DNA of 64,000 nt from an uncultured Oscillospiraceae bacterium (GTDB lineage: Bacteria > Bacillota > Clostridia > Oscillospirales > Acutalibacteraceae): assembly GCA_948471205.1 (NCBI GenBank), contig CAOKRT010000001.1, positions 44,518 through 108,517 of the forward strand. Direction: 5' to 3'. The notes beneath the pieces are model-generated. The model was not told the DNA's origin. It did no database searches and worked only from the letters and a program-made list of their open reading frames with translations. Numbering within the stretch: position 1 is the stretch's first letter; every line of letters starts with the position of its first letter. Both the position numbers and the translations under genes were made by a program. This document shows positions 47,688-59,245 of the stretch, piece after piece.

Positions 47688-48413
47688 TTAAATAAGGGAC
47701 GCAGCTTCTTTGTCAAGCATAAGCGTTACATCTGCATGAAACTGTAAAACAGATGCAGGGCACTGCGGTGTAACATTGCCGTTGATAAGCTGTTTTACGG
47801 CTTCAGCTTTGTTTTTGCCTGTTGCAATAATAAGAATTTTCTTTGCCTGCATAATAGAACCGATACCCATTGTAACAGCCTTTGTCGGCACGTCATCTAT
47901 TGATTTGAAGAAACGGCTGTTGTCCTGAACAGTGCTTTCTTTCAGTTCCACAACATGGCTTCGGCGCTGGAAGCAGGTGTCAGGCTCATTGAATGCAATG
48001 TGACCGTTTGAACCGATGCCGAGAAGCTGAATATCAATTCCGCCTGCATTTTTGATTTTGTTTTCATAGTTTATACATTCGCGGTCGGTATCTTCTGCAT
48101 TTCCGTCAAGGAAATTTATTTTATCTTCGGAAACGTTTATGTAATCAAAAAGATTTTCATGCATGAATGAATGATATGAATTTTTATCGTTTACATCAAG
48201 ATTCACATATTCGTCAAGATTAAAAGTGGTGACTTTTGAAAAATCAACTGCTCCGCTTTTGTAAAGTTCAATCATCTGTTTATATGTTTTTAAAGGAGTA
48301 GAACCTGTTGCAAGTCCCAAAACGGAATCGGGTTTCTGTAACACCTGGCCGCACATATAATTTCCTGCTGCTATTCCAATCTGTTCGTCATTTTCATAAA
48401 TAAGTACATTCAT
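47688..48413 (-). CDS. nagB: glucosamine-6-phosphate deaminase
   Basis: Motifs GLATGSTP, FNLDEY and LGIGSNGHIAFNEP. 241 aa. Confidence 0.92.
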   Translation of the reverse strand: MNVLIYENDEQIGIAAGNYMCGQVLQKPDSVLGLATGSTPLKTYKQMIELYKSGAVDFSKVTTFNLDEYVNLDVNDKNSYHSFMHENLFDYINVSEDKINFLDGNAEDTDRECINYENKIKNAGGIDIQLLGIGSNGHIAFNEPDTCFQRRSHVVELKESTVQDNSRFFKSIDDVPTKAVTMGIGSIMQAKKILIIATGKNKAEAVKQLINGNVTPQCPASVLQFHADVTLMLDKEAASLI

Positions 48414-48452
48414 CTGTTTATTCTCCTGTCTGTAAAATTATATTTTTTATCT

Positions 48453-48480
48453 ATTATAATCCAATTATTTCTTCTGTCAA
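48453..48480 (-). promoter_or_regulatory. possible nagB promoter
   Basis: Minus-strand TTGACA (48480-48475), a 16-nt spacer, then TATAAT (48458-48453). Confidence 0.5.
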
Positions 48481-48493
48481 TATTCACATTCTT

Positions 48494-50128
48494 TTATTTT
48501 CTTACTGTTGCTGTAAAATTAACTCTTCCTGTGCCGGGATGAAACTGAATGCCGCTGATTCCCTTTGCCGTTGCATAATAGCGCACTTCATAGCAAAGTG
48601 GTATATAGCAGTATGTTTCAAGAAGTCTTTTTTCACATTCAAGACAGTTTTGAGCGCGGTTGTCTGTTTGTGCTTTTTGCAGGGCGGCATTGAATTTTTC
48701 ACTGTCAAAGCCTGTTAAATTGCTGTTTGCGAAAGACTGAAGAAAAGAAACGGGGCTTGCAGCATTGGCTCTTAAAGGGTAAAGTGCAATATCGTAATTT
48801 CCCGATTGGACTGCTGATTTTATTTCCTTTTCTGTTTTGATTTCCAGGGTGAGTGAAAAGGAAATTTTTCTGTCTTCCTCTGCATTTGAAATAGAACCTA
48901 TACTCTTTTGAAGCCCCTGCAGATAAAGTTTTGCAATATCCTTCATGTTTTCTGTGGCAATTACAGTCAGTTCAATATTATATTCCGATGTTGCTTCAAC
49001 AGCCTGTTTCCAAAGAGAAACCGACTTTTCGGGATTGTTGCTTTCGCTGATACTGTTTATCAGATCGGGATATGATGATGAACCGATTTGGCATGACGGC
49101 GGAATAAAACTTTTTGCTTTTGATAGAAACGGATACGCTTCCAGTTCCACATCCGAAAGGGCAAGGGAAACTGCGTGCCTGGCACTGCCTGCGGATAAAA
49201 TGCCTTTTTTTGCATTTAACAGAAATGCCCACGTAGTATCGCTGTAAGGTATCAGTTCGATACCGCTTTTTTTGCCTATTTGTGTGCTTTCGTATCCGCT
49301 TATATATGCCGCATCATAATTTCCGCTTTTCAGTTTATCAATCAAATTTGTATCTTCCTCAACAATTCTGAGTGTTATGTTTGATACAGAAGTGCGGTTG
49401 GGGCCGTTATATGCGCCGCTTTCACCGCAGCTACTGCGGAGTACATATGCGTTGTCAAGTTCATCGGTAACACGGAACGGTCCGTTGAACATGGTATATT
49501 GAAGTCCCAGTCCGTATCTGCCGTTTGTTTTATTGAAAAATTCTTCGTTGCAGGGCATTGCAACGGCAGTGGCCATTGTTTGCAGAAAGGATTCATCCGG
49601 TGAAGAAAGCCATATTTCAAGCGTGTAGTTATCAATCGCTTTTACGCCAAGCTGCGATTTGTCAATCCAGCCGGCATTCACCTCCGGGGCATTGTAAATA
49701 TTTGAAATTGTTGAGTAAAGCGGACTTTCGGTAAGCGGGTCGGCAGCCCTTCTTAATGCAAATGCAAAATCAAATGCAGTAAGTTCCGGATCATAATACT
49801 CGCCCATGCGCTTTTCAACAGATTTAAAAATATGCCATTTCAGTCCTCTGTACAGATGGAACGTATATTTCAGTCCGGCATCTGTAATATCCCAGGATTC
49901 TGCGCATCCCGGCAGAATATTTCCTTCGTCATCGCTTCGTACAAGTCCTTCAAAACAGTTTTCAATAACAAGAAATTCATCAGCGGTGGAGGCTATCTGC
50001 GGATCATAGCTGTTAACATTTCCGCCGAACGGATAAACAAGGCTGATATTCTCATTGGAAGCGCCGCAGCCTGCGAAAACAGATGCAATCATAATAAAAC
50101 AAATAAAAAAACAGGCTATTTTTTTCAT
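48494..50128 (-). CDS. ABC-transporter substrate-binding lipoprotein, family 5 (peptide/oligosaccharide type), orphan
   Basis: Lipobox FAGCG. 544 aa. The SBP_bac_5-like N-terminus (DPQIA...IENCFEGLVR...PGCAESWD) supports the family. No permease or ATPase genes are adjacent. Confidence 0.75.
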   Translation of the reverse strand: MKKIACFFICFIMIASVFAGCGASNENISLVYPFGGNVNSYDPQIASTADEFLVIENCFEGLVRSDDEGNILPGCAESWDITDAGLKYTFHLYRGLKWHIFKSVEKRMGEYYDPELTAFDFAFALRRAADPLTESPLYSTISNIYNAPEVNAGWIDKSQLGVKAIDNYTLEIWLSSPDESFLQTMATAVAMPCNEEFFNKTNGRYGLGLQYTMFNGPFRVTDELDNAYVLRSSCGESGAYNGPNRTSVSNITLRIVEEDTNLIDKLKSGNYDAAYISGYESTQIGKKSGIELIPYSDTTWAFLLNAKKGILSAGSARHAVSLALSDVELEAYPFLSKAKSFIPPSCQIGSSSYPDLINSISESNNPEKSVSLWKQAVEATSEYNIELTVIATENMKDIAKLYLQGLQKSIGSISNAEEDRKISFSLTLEIKTEKEIKSAVQSGNYDIALYPLRANAASPVSFLQSFANSNLTGFDSEKFNAALQKAQTDNRAQNCLECEKRLLETYCYIPLCYEVRYYATAKGISGIQFHPGTGRVNFTATVRK

Positions 50129-50311
50129 AATTCATCACCACATAATTTGATGGTAATATAATAACACAATATATATTTTTTGAAAAGAGAAAAAATGTGA
50201 ACAAGCGCAGAAAGACACTGCAGAAAAGGGGGAAATGCACACTGTTTTCAATACGCCCGGCACAGCATAACAAAAACTTTACAGCATTTTGAAAATAAAT
50301 TAATATTTTTC

Positions 50312-50340
50312 TTGACTTATTTGAAGTTAGATATTATTAT
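50312..50340 (+). promoter_or_regulatory. candidate rpoB promoter
   Basis: TTGACT (50312-50317), a 17-nt spacer, then TATTAT (50335-50340). Confidence 0.55.
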
Positions 50341-50394
50341 AAACCCACGTTAAAATGGATTAATTTGTGTTTTCAGTAAATAAATGCTTATTTT

Positions 50395-50429
50395 CCAAGC
50401 AAAAAACCATGTGTTTTTTGTTGGTTTTT
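50395..50429 (+). terminator. terminator-like hairpin inside the rpoB 5' leader (possible attenuator)
   Basis: CCAAGCAAAAAA (50395-50406) pairs with TTTTTTGTTGG (50414-50424): 11 bp with one bulge and a 7-nt loop. TTTTT follows (50425-50429). It lies ~55 nt upstream of the rpoB ATG. Confidence 0.45.
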
Positions 50430-50483
50430 GTCACAATATATTCATTTTTCAGTAAAACATAAAGAAACGGAGTGATTACCGGT

Positions 50484-53400
50484 ATGGTAAATGTGAAGGA
50501 TGTCCAGCTTGGTACAACCACACGAAAAAGTTTTGCAAAAATCAATGAGGTTATGCCCATGCCTAATCTTATTGAAGTGCAGAAAGAATCTTACCAATGG
50601 TTTCTCGATGAAGGACTTGAAGAAGTTTTCCGTGATATCGGCTCTATAACCGACTACACAGGGAATCTTGTTCTTGATTTTATTGACTACACAATGGATG
50701 AAGATCCGAAATACACAATTGCGCAGTGCAAGGCACGTGATGTTACTTATGCAAAACCGCTTAAAGTAAGAGCACGCCTTCAGAACAAGGAAACGGGAGA
50801 GGTTAAGGAAAACATTATCTTCATGGGTGATTTTCCTTTAATGACAGATGCAGGCACTTTTGTTATCAACGGTGCTGAAAGATGTATCGTTTCACAGCTT
50901 GTTCGTTCACCGGGTGTTTATTACAATATGGAGCACGACAAAACGGGTAAGGAACTATTTACAAATACGGTTATTCCGAACCGCGGTGCGTGGCTTGAAT
51001 ATGAAACAGACGCAAATGATTTGTTTTATGTAAGAATTGATAAAAACCGCAAAATTTTCATTACAACATTTCTTCGTGCACTGGGTCTTGGCAGCGATGC
51101 TGAAATCCGTGAATTCTTTGGTGATGATGAAAGAATTGAAGCAACGATAGAAAAGGATATTACAAAAAATCAGGAAGAAGCGCTTCTTGAAGTTTACAAA
51201 AAGCTTCGTCCGGGCGAACCGCCTACACTTGAAACAGCACAGGCACATATTGACGGTTTGTTTTTTGATGCACACCGTTATGATTTATCGAAAGTTGGCC
51301 GTTACAAGTACAATAAAAAGCTTGCTATAAGCGACAGACTTGCCGGTCAGAAACTTACACAACCTGTTATTTCACCGCAGGGTGAATTTCTTGCAGATGC
51401 AGGCGAATTTATTTCGGAAGAAAAGGCGCTTGAAATTGAAAATGCAGGCGTTATGAATGCCTTTGTTGATGTTGAAGGCAAGGAAGTTAAGATTGTATCA
51501 AACGGTATGGTTGATATAAAGAAATATATTGACTTTGACTGCAAGCCTTTCGGCATTACGGAAAAGGTTTCTTACAGAGTACTTTCCGAAATTCTGGAAA
51601 GATGCGGCGATGATGAAGATAAGCTTAAAGAGGAAATAAAGCTTTATCAGGATGATCTTGTTCCAAAGCACATCACAACAGATGATATTTTCGCAACCGT
51701 TTCGTATCTTATCAATCTTGCATACGGTGTGGGTGTAACAGATGATATTGATCATCTCGGAAACCGCCGTATCCGTGCTGTGGGCGAACTGCTTCAAAAC
51801 CAGTTCCGCATCGGTTTTACACGTATGGAAAGGGTTATCCGCGAGCGTATGACACTTCAGGCACAGGATGATGAAGAAACCATTACGCCGCAGGCGCTTA
51901 TTAATATCCGTCCGGTAGTTGCTGCAATCAGGGAATTTTTCGGTTCATCACCGCTTTCTCAGTTTATGGACCAGAACAATCCGCTTGCAGAACTTACACA
52001 TAAAAGAAGACTTTCTGCACTTGGTCCCGGCGGTCTTTCGCGTGACCGTGCCGGATTTGAGGTTCGAGATGTTCATTATACACATTACGGACGCATGTGC
52101 CCGATTGAAACACCGGAAGGTCCCAACATCGGTCTTATTTCCTATCTTGCATGCTACAGCCGCCTGAATGAATACGGCTTTATCGAGGCTCCGTACCGTA
52201 AGGTTGATAAGGAAACCGGTGTTGTAACATCCGAGGTTGTTTATATGACCGCCGATGTGGAGGATAATTTTGTTGTTGCACAGGCAAACGAACCGCTTGA
52301 TGAAAACGGAAGATTTGCCAACAAGCGTGTTACCTGCCGTTTTAAGGATGAATTTATGACATGTGAGCCTGAAAAGGTTGACTATATGGACGTTTCGCCA
52401 AAGATGGTTGTTTCTGTTGCTACAGCTATGATTCCGTTCCTTGAAAATGATGACGCAAACCGTGCGCTGATGGGTGCAAACATGCAGCGTCAGGCAGTGC
52501 CGCTTCTTAAAACACAGGCACCTGTGGTAGGAACGGGCATGGAATATAAAGCTGCATATGACTCCGGTGTTGTAGTTGCTGCAAAGCGCGGCGGTACAGT
52601 TACGTCTGTTGATGCAGATACAATAGAAATTCAGACAAAAAGCGGTGAAATTGACAGATATGAGCTTGTTAAGTTCAGCGGTTCAAACCAGGGTACCTGC
52701 ATTAACCAGCGCCCGATTGTTTCACTGCACCAGATTGTAGAGGACGGTCAGGTTATTGCAGACGGTCCTGCAACAAGCAACGGCGAAATCTCACTCGGTA
52801 AAAATGCACTTATCGGGTTTATGACCTGGGAAGGCTATAACTACGAGGATGCTGTTCTTATTAACGAAAAAATGGTTCGTGATGATGTTTACACATCCAT
52901 TCATATTGAAGAACACGAAGTGGAAGCCCGCGATACAAAGCTTGGTCCCGAAGAAATCACAAGAGATATACCGAATGTTGGTGAAGATGCACTGAAAGAC
53001 CTTGATGAAGACGGTATTATACGTATAGGTGCAGAGGTTCACAGCAGTTCCATTCTTGTAGGTAAGGTTACACCTAAGGGTGAAACAGAGCTTACTGCAG
53101 AGGAAAGACTTCTTCGTGCAATCTTCGGTGAAAAAGCAAGAGAAGTAAGGGATACGTCCATGCGTGTTCCGCACGGTGAATACGGCATCGTTGTTGATGT
53201 TAAGGTATTTACACGTGCAAACAGCGATGAGCTGAATCCGGGTGTTAATAAAGTAGTAAGAGTATATATTGCGCAGAAGAGAAAAATCCAGGTCGGCGAT
53301 AAGATGGCAGGCCGCCACGGAAACAAGGGTGTTGTATCACGTGTTCTTCCTCAGGAGGATATGCCGTTCCTTCCGGACGGACGCCCGCTTGATATTGTTC

Positions 53401-54185
53401 TTAACCCGCTCGGTGTACCTTCACGTATGAATATCGGTCAGGTGCTTGAAGTTCATCTTGGATATGCTGCAATGGCACTCGGCTGGAAAATGTGTACGCC
53501 TGTATTTGACGGTGCGCACGAAGATGATATTCGTGAATGTCTTAAACTTGCCGGTCTCAGAGAAGACGGAAAAACCGTTCTTACCGACGGACGCACCGGT
53601 GAAAAGTTTGATAATCCTATTACGGTAGGATATATGTATTATCTTAAGCTGCATCACCTTGTTGATGATAAAATTCATGCCCGTTCCACAGGTCCTTACA
53701 GCCTTGTAACACAACAGCCGCTCGGCGGTAAAGCGCAGTTCGGCGGTCAGCGTTTCGGTGAAATGGAAGTTTGGGCGCTTGAGGCTTACGGCGCTGCCTA
53801 TACGCTTCAGGAAATCATTACAGTTAAGTCGGATGATGTTGTCGGAAGAGTTAAAACGTATGAATCTATCGTTAAGGGTGAAAATATTCCTACTGCCGGA
53901 ACGCCGGAATCCTTCAAGGTTCTCTTTAAAGAGCTTCAGGCACTCGGTCTTGATACCCGTCTTTATGACAGGGACGGAAACGAGGTTGAACTGAAGCAGG
54001 ATATTGATGACGGCACAGGTATTCAGCCTATTGACGATAAAGCCTTTACCCAGGTTAATGATTACGGTGAAGTTGGAGACGGCTTTACCTTCCAGAATGC
54101 CGAGGGTGAAGATGAGGAAGCAGATCAGAATTCGGAAGAAGCTATGTATATAGATTTTGACGATGATTATTCGGAAGATGAATAA
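50484..54185 (+). CDS. rpoB: DNA-directed RNA polymerase subunit beta
   Basis: Unmistakable RpoB sequence (SFAKINEV...[35 protein letters not shown]). I place the start at ATG 50484. The C-terminal tail of about 60 aa is acidic. Confidence 0.97.
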   Translation: MVNVKDVQLGTTTRKSFAKINEVMPMPNLIEVQKESYQWFLDEGLEEVFRDIGSITDYTGNLVLDFIDYTMDEDPKYTIAQCKARDVTYAKPLKVRARLQNKETGEVKENIIFMGDFPLMTDAGTFVINGAERCIVSQLVRSPGVYYNMEHDKTGKELFTNTVIPNRGAWLEYETDANDLFYVRIDKNRKIFITTFLRALGLGSDAEIREFFGDDERIEATIEKDITKNQEEALLEVYKKLRPGEPPTLETAQAHIDGLFFDAHRYDLSKVGRYKYNKKLAISDRLAGQKLTQPVISPQGEFLADAGEFISEEKALEIENAGVMNAFVDVEGKEVKIVSNGMVDIKKYIDFDCKPFGITEKVSYRVLSEILERCGDDEDKLKEEIKLYQDDLVPKHITTDDIFATVSYLINLAYGVGVTDDIDHLGNRRIRAVGELLQNQFRIGFTRMERVIRERMTLQAQDDEETITPQALINIRPVVAAIREFFGSSPLSQFMDQNNPLAELTHKRRLSALGPGGLSRDRAGFEVRDVHYTHYGRMCPIETPEGPNIGLISYLACYSRLNEYGFIEAPYRKVDKETGVVTSEVVYMTADVEDNFVVAQANEPLDENGRFANKRVTCRFKDEFMTCEPEKVDYMDVSPKMVVSVATAMIPFLENDDANRALMGANMQRQAVPLLKTQAPVVGTGMEYKAAYDSGVVVAAKRGGTVTSVDADTIEIQTKSGEIDRYELVKFSGSNQGTCINQRPIVSLHQIVEDGQVIADGPATSNGEISLGKNALIGFMTWEGYNYEDAVLINEKMVRDDVYTSIHIEEHEVEARDTKLGPEEITRDIPNVGEDALKDLDEDGIIRIGAEVHSSSILVGKVTPKGETELTAEERLLRAIFGEKAREVRDTSMRVPHGEYGIVVDVKVFTRANSDELNPGVNKVVRVYIAQKRKIQVGDKMAGRHGNKGVVSRVLPQEDMPFLPDGRPLDIVLNPLGVPSRMNIGQVLEVHLGYAAMALGWKMCTPVFDGAHEDDIRECLKLAGLREDGKTVLTDGRTGEKFDNPITVGYMYYLKLHHLVDDKIHARSTGPYSLVTQQPLGGKAQFGGQRFGEMEVWALEAYGAAYTLQEIITVKSDDVVGRVKTYESIVKGENIPTAGTPESFKVLFKELQALGLDTRLYDRDGNEVELKQDIDDGTGIQPIDDKAFTQVNDYGEVGDGFTFQNAEGEDEEADQNSEEAMYIDFDDDYSEDE

Positions 54186-54239
54186 TTCTGAAACTGATTA
54201 ACTATCCACATTACATTATATATAAAGGAGTGCTTCCAA

Positions 54240-57200
54240 ATGGAAAATGAAAATCAATTCAGTTCAATAAAAATCGGTCTTGCTTCCCCTGAACAGATCA
54301 GAGAATGGTCCTACGGTGAAGTAACAAAACCGGAAACTATAAATTACAGAACCCTTAAACCTGAACGCGACGGTCTTTTCTGTGAAAGAATTTTCGGACC
54401 TATGAAGGACTGGGAATGTCACTGCGGAAAGTACAAAAGAGTCAGATATAAGGGAAAAGTATGCGAACGCTGCGGTGTTGAAATCACAAAGGCAAAGGTT
54501 CGCCGTGAGCGTATGGGTCATATAGAACTTGCAGCTCCCGTGTCTCATATCTGGTATTTCAAGGGTATTCCAAGCCGTTTGGGTCTGGTTCTTGATATAA
54601 GCCCGCGTTATCTTGAAAAAGTGCTTTATTTTGCACTTTACATCGTTACAGACCCGGGCGATACCCCGCTTGAAAAAATGCAGATTCTTAATGAAAAAGA
54701 ATATGCGGAAATGCGTGAAAGATATGAAGATGACTTTGAAGCCGGCATGGGTGCCGAAGCAATTAAAAAGCTTCTTCATGATATTGATGTTGAACAGCTC
54801 AGAGCAGAGCTTACGGCAGAACTTGAGGATGCTTCGGGACAGAAAAGAGTACGCATTCTGAAAAGACTGGATGTTGTTGATGCTTTCTGCAAGAGCGGAA
54901 ATAAGCTGGAATGGATGATAATGGATGTAATTCCGGTAATTCCTCCGGATATCCGCCCTATGGTACAGCTTGACGGCGGAAGATTTGCAACATCGGATTT
55001 GAACGATCTTTACAGAAGAGTTATTAACAGAAACAACCGTCTTAAAAAGCTGCTTGAGCTTGGTGCACCTGATATTATTGTCAGAAATGAAAAAAGAATG
55101 CTTCAGGAAGCAGTAGATGCACTGATTGACAACGGCAGACGCGGCAGACCTGTTACCGGTCCTAATAACCGTCCGCTGAAATCTCTTTCAGATATGCTTA
55201 AAGGTAAGCAGGGACGTTTCCGTCAGAATCTTCTCGGTAAACGTGTAGACTATTCGGGCCGTTCCGTTATCGTTGTCGGTCCTGAACTTAAAATGCATCA
55301 GTGCGGTCTTCCCAAAGAAATGGCAATTGAGCTTTTCAAGCCGTTTGTAATGAAGCGTCTTGTTGCAACAGGCGCAGCTTCCAATATTAAATCTGCCAGA
55401 AAAAAGGTAGAGCGTGCAGATGAACCGGCAGTATGGGATGCTCTTGAGGTTGTAATTAAGGATCATCCCGTAATGCTTAACCGTGCTCCCACACTTCACC
55501 GTCTTGGCATTCAGGCATTTGAACCTGTTCTTGTAGAAGGACGTGCAATTAAGCTGCATCCGCTTTCATGTACAGCATTTAATGCGGACTTTGACGGTGA
55601 CCAGATGGCTGTTCACGTTCCGCTTTCTGCTGAAGCACAGGCTGAAGCACGTATGCTTATGCTTGCTGCCAACAACCTTCTGAAACCCTCAGACGGTAAG
55701 CCTGTTGCAGTTCCTACACAGGATATGGTTATCGGCTCATATTATCTTACAATGATAAAAGAGGGTGAACCGGGTCAGCCGCGTTTCTTTAAAAATGCTG
55801 ACAGAACAGAGGAAATTACATTTGCCGAGGCAAAGAAAACGGTTAATGGTGCACTTTCCGATTCTGATATTCTTTGCGACTGTGAAGACAGCAGACTTGC
55901 CGAAGAATTCGGTATTTACCGCTCGTTCAGCATTTACAGAGATAAGGACGAGGCGATGATGGCATATCAGGAAGGTTCTCTCGGTATGCATTCACCGGCA
56001 AGAATACGTGTGTCCAAGGAAACAGACGGCACAGTAAAATCAGCTATCATTATAACAACCATCGGAAGAATTATCTTTAATAACCCGATTCCGCAGGATC
56101 TCGGATTTGTGGACCGTTCTGTTCCTGAAAATGAATTTGAACCTGAAATCAGCTTTGTTGTTAAGAAAAAACAGCTTGGTCAGATTGCAGATAAGCTTAT
56201 TTCCGTTCACGGCGTTGCTGTTGCTTCCGTTGCACTGGATGCCATCAAGGCACAGGGATATAAATATTCAACTGTTTCGGGCACAACCGTTGCTGTTTGT
56301 GATGCCCTTATTCCTGATACAAAGAAGGGATTCCTTGAAGAAGCGGAAAAACAGGTTGATGAAATCACACTGAATTATAATTATGGCTTTATTACAAATG
56401 AAGAGCGTTCTTCTGCTGTTATTAAAGCATGGGAAGATTGTACAAATAAAGTAACAAAAGAGCTTACTTCAAACTTTGACGGTACACACAATCCGATTCA
56501 CATGATGGTAGATTCGGGTGCCCGCGGAAGTACAGCGCAGCTTCGTCAGCTTGCAGGTATGCGCGGTCTTATTGCAAATACCGCCGGTAAAACAATTGAA
56601 ATTCCTATCCGTGCAAACTACCGTGAAGGTCTTAATATTCTTGAATACTTTATTTCATCACGAGGCGCCCGTAAGGGTCTTACAGATACTGCGCTTCGTA
56701 CAGCCGACTCGGGTTACCTTACCCGCCGTCTTGTTGATGTATCGCAGGATGTTATTATCCGCGATGATGACTGCGGCTGTCACGAGGGCATAATTGTTAA
56801 AGCAATTATGGACGGAAACCGTGAACTGGAATCACTTCATGAACGTCTTGTGGGTCGCTTCCCGCTTGAACCTGTTGTTCATCCGGAAACAGGAGAAATT
56901 ATTGCTTCTCCGGATGAAATGATGACGAATGAAACAGCAGACAGAATTGTTGGTGCCGGTATTACAGAGGTAAAAATCCGTTCGCTGATTACCTGTAAAT
57001 CACACCACGGCGTATGCCGCAAGTGCTATGGTTCAAACCTTGCTTTCAACGAACCTGTTCAGGTTGGCGAAGCAGTTGGTATTATTGCCGCGCAGTCAAT
57101 CGGTGAACCGGGTACACAGCTTACAATGAGAACATTCCACACGGGCGGTATTGCAGGCGGTGAGGATATTACCCAGGGTCTTCCCCGTGTTGAAGAGTTG

Positions 57201-57992
57201 TTTGAGGCAAGAAAGCCGAAGCAGTATGCAATTCTTTCTGAAATTGCCGGTACTGTCAGATTTGAGGAAATCAAAAAGTCAAATCATGTTGTTGTTACAG
57301 ATCCGGAAACACTGGATGAAAGAAAATATCTTATTCCTTACGGATTCAGGCTTCATGAAGATATTGTTGAAGGTGCACACGTTGAAAAGGGACAGGAACT
57401 GACATACGGTTCAAAGAATCCGCACGATGTTCTTGCCATTCTCGGAGAAGAGGCTGTTTATAATTATCTTATCCGCGAAGTTCAGTTTGCATACCGTACA
57501 CAGGGTGTTGATGTAAACGATAAGCACATAGAGGTTATTGTTCGTCAGATGCTTAAAAAATGTACGGTTGATGAATCAGGCGATACAGATCTTGTTTCAG
57601 GCACAATGGTTGATGTTGCTGCTGTTGACGAAGCAAATGAAGCAATTGACAAAAGAATTGCTGCAGGAGAAGGCAATCTCAAGAAAGCAACCTATATTCC
57701 TATTCTTATGGGTATTACAAAGGCTTCACTTGCAACGGATTCCTTCCTTTCTGCCGCTTCCTTCCAGGAAACAACAAGAGTTCTTACAGATGCGGCAATC
57801 CGCGGCAAGAGCGATCCGCTTATCGGTCTTAAAGAAAATGTTATTATCGGTAAGCTTGTACCTGCAGGAACAGGTATGGATGTATTCCGTGATGTTGATA
57901 TTGTTCCGAGTTATTTTTCTGCTGAAGGCGCGGAAGAAATTATGAATTTAGAACAATTGCAAAAATTGTTGACAAGTACTGCCACAGAGTGA
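54240..57992 (+). CDS. rpoC: DNA-directed RNA polymerase subunit beta'
   Basis: Zn-finger CHCGKY...CERCGVE, catalytic [12 protein letters not shown], and a trigger-loop region. Confidence 0.97.
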   Translation: MENENQFSSIKIGLASPEQIREWSYGEVTKPETINYRTLKPERDGLFCERIFGPMKDWECHCGKYKRVRYKGKVCERCGVEITKAKVRRERMGHIELAAPVSHIWYFKGIPSRLGLVLDISPRYLEKVLYFALYIVTDPGDTPLEKMQILNEKEYAEMRERYEDDFEAGMGAEAIKKLLHDIDVEQLRAELTAELEDASGQKRVRILKRLDVVDAFCKSGNKLEWMIMDVIPVIPPDIRPMVQLDGGRFATSDLNDLYRRVINRNNRLKKLLELGAPDIIVRNEKRMLQEAVDALIDNGRRGRPVTGPNNRPLKSLSDMLKGKQGRFRQNLLGKRVDYSGRSVIVVGPELKMHQCGLPKEMAIELFKPFVMKRLVATGAASNIKSARKKVERADEPAVWDALEVVIKDHPVMLNRAPTLHRLGIQAFEPVLVEGRAIKLHPLSCTAFNADFDGDQMAVHVPLSAEAQAEARMLMLAANNLLKPSDGKPVAVPTQDMVIGSYYLTMIKEGEPGQPRFFKNADRTEEITFAEAKKTVNGALSDSDILCDCEDSRLAEEFGIYRSFSIYRDKDEAMMAYQEGSLGMHSPARIRVSKETDGTVKSAIIITTIGRIIFNNPIPQDLGFVDRSVPENEFEPEISFVVKKKQLGQIADKLISVHGVAVASVALDAIKAQGYKYSTVSGTTVAVCDALIPDTKKGFLEEAEKQVDEITLNYNYGFITNEERSSAVIKAWEDCTNKVTKELTSNFDGTHNPIHMMVDSGARGSTAQLRQLAGMRGLIANTAGKTIEIPIRANYREGLNILEYFISSRGARKGLTDTALRTADSGYLTRRLVDVSQDVIIRDDDCGCHEGIIVKAIMDGNRELESLHERLVGRFPLEPVVHPETGEIIASPDEMMTNETADRIVGAGITEVKIRSLITCKSHHGVCRKCYGSNLAFNEPVQVGEAVGIIAAQSIGEPGTQLTMRTFHTGGIAGGEDITQGLPRVEELFEARKPKQYAILSEIAGTVRFEEIKKSNHVVVTDPETLDERKYLIPYGFRLHEDIVEGAHVEKGQELTYGSKNPHDVLAILGEEAVYNYLIREVQFAYRTQGVDVNDKHIEVIVRQMLKKCTVDESGDTDLVSGTMVDVAAVDEANEAIDKRIAAGEGNLKKATYIPILMGITKASLATDSFLSAASFQETTRVLTDAAIRGKSDPLIGLKENVIIGKLVPAGTGMDVFRDVDIVPSYFSAEGAEEIMNLEQLQKLLTSTATE

Positions 57993-58192
57993 TATACTAT
58001 ATGCTCGGTGAGTAAAATAATTTGTCATAATAGCCAAATTTTGAATGATATATTTGGTTAATTGCACATAATATTGGGGTAAGCTATATGCTTGCCCCGA
58101 AATGTGCGTTTAAATAACAGCTTAAATCATTTTTAAACTGTTATTTATGCGTATATTTTATGCAGAAAATTTTACAGAAAGGAGATAAACTA

Positions 58193-58615
58193 TTGCCTAC
58201 CTTTAACCAATTAGTAAGAACAGGACGTAAGTCCCTTGAGAAAAAGGCTAAAGCACCGGCCCTTTTAAAGAGCCTCAACACAAAGAAGAATGTTATGAAC
58301 GATAACAATTCTCCTCAGAAGCGCGGCGTTTGCACTGCTGTTAAAACAGCAACACCTAAAAAGCCGAACTCAGCTCTTCGTAAAATCGCCCGTGTTCGTT
58401 TAACAAACGGTATGGAAGTTTCAGCTTACATTCCGGGCGTTGGCCACAATCTTCAGGAACACTCTGTTGTTATGGTTCGCGGCGGTCGTGTAAAAGACCT
58501 TCCTGGTGTGCGTTATCACATCATCCGCGGAACGCTTGATACACAGGGCGTAAACGGAAGAATGCAGAGCCGTTCCAAGTACGGTGCAAAAAGACCGAAG
58601 GCTGCTAAGAAGTAA
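58193..58615 (+). CDS. rpsL: 30S ribosomal protein S12 (TTG start)
   Basis: The conserved N-terminus [11 protein letters not shown] begins at TTG 58193, 8 nt after AAAGGAG. The track's upstream ATG (58160) lacks a Shine-Dalgarno and adds non-conserved residues. Motifs [10 protein letters not shown] and [13 protein letters not shown]. Confidence 0.93.
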   Translation: MPTFNQLVRTGRKSLEKKAKAPALLKSLNTKKNVMNDNNSPQKRGVCTAVKTATPKKPNSALRKIARVRLTNGMEVSAYIPGVGHNLQEHSVVMVRGGRVKDLPGVRYHIIRGTLDTQGVNGRMQSRSKYGAKRPKAAKK

Positions 58616-58747
58616 GCCGAAAATTTAACTTCTATGGAAAAACAATAGTTTATACCTTGTTATATATTGCGGTATGACCTACTTGTTGACTCCACGGGAA
58701 AACTCGAGTACCTATGAACTCATAAATATGAAGGAGGGAAGCGAAAG

Positions 58748-59218
58748 ATGCCAAGAAGAGGCCAAATCGCTAAGCGTGATGTATTGCCGGATCCGCTTTA
58801 CAATTCAAAGCTTGTAACCCGTCTTATCAACAACATTATGTATGATGGTAAGAAAGGTGTTGCACAGAAAATTGTTTACGGTGCATTCGACATCATTAAT
58901 GAAAAAACAGGAAACGATCCGATAGAAACCTTCCAGGCTGCTATGGAAAACGTTATGCCTGTTCTTGAGGTAAAGGCTCGCCGTATCGGCGGTGCAACTT
59001 ACCAGGTTCCGCTTGAAGTTCGTGCTGAAAGACGCCAGACACTCGGCTTACGCTGGATAACAGCATATGCCCGTCAGCGTTCTGAAAGAACTATGAAGGA
59101 ACGCCTTGCTGCTGAAATTATGGACGCTGTTAATAAAACAGGCGGCGCAGTTAAGAAGTGTGATGATACACACAAGATGGCAGAAGCAAACAAAGCATTT
59201 GCCCATTTCAGATATTAA
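58748..59218 (+). CDS. rpsG: 30S ribosomal protein S7
   Basis: MPRRG...[15 protein letters not shown]...[11 protein letters not shown]. 156 aa. GAAGGAGGGAAG Shine-Dalgarno. Confidence 0.96.
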   Translation: MPRRGQIAKRDVLPDPLYNSKLVTRLINNIMYDGKKGVAQKIVYGAFDIINEKTGNDPIETFQAAMENVMPVLEVKARRIGGATYQVPLEVRAERRQTLGLRWITAYARQRSERTMKERLAAEIMDAVNKTGGAVKKCDDTHKMAEANKAFAHFRY

Positions 59219-59245
59219 TCCGTTTGAAATTCTTAGGAGGATATT

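Noticed and set aside
55770-55990. Possible intein or mobile insertion in rpoC
   Set aside because: The extra segment is only a few tens of residues. It lacks intein splice-junction residues and endonuclease motifs, so it looks like an ordinary lineage-specific loop.
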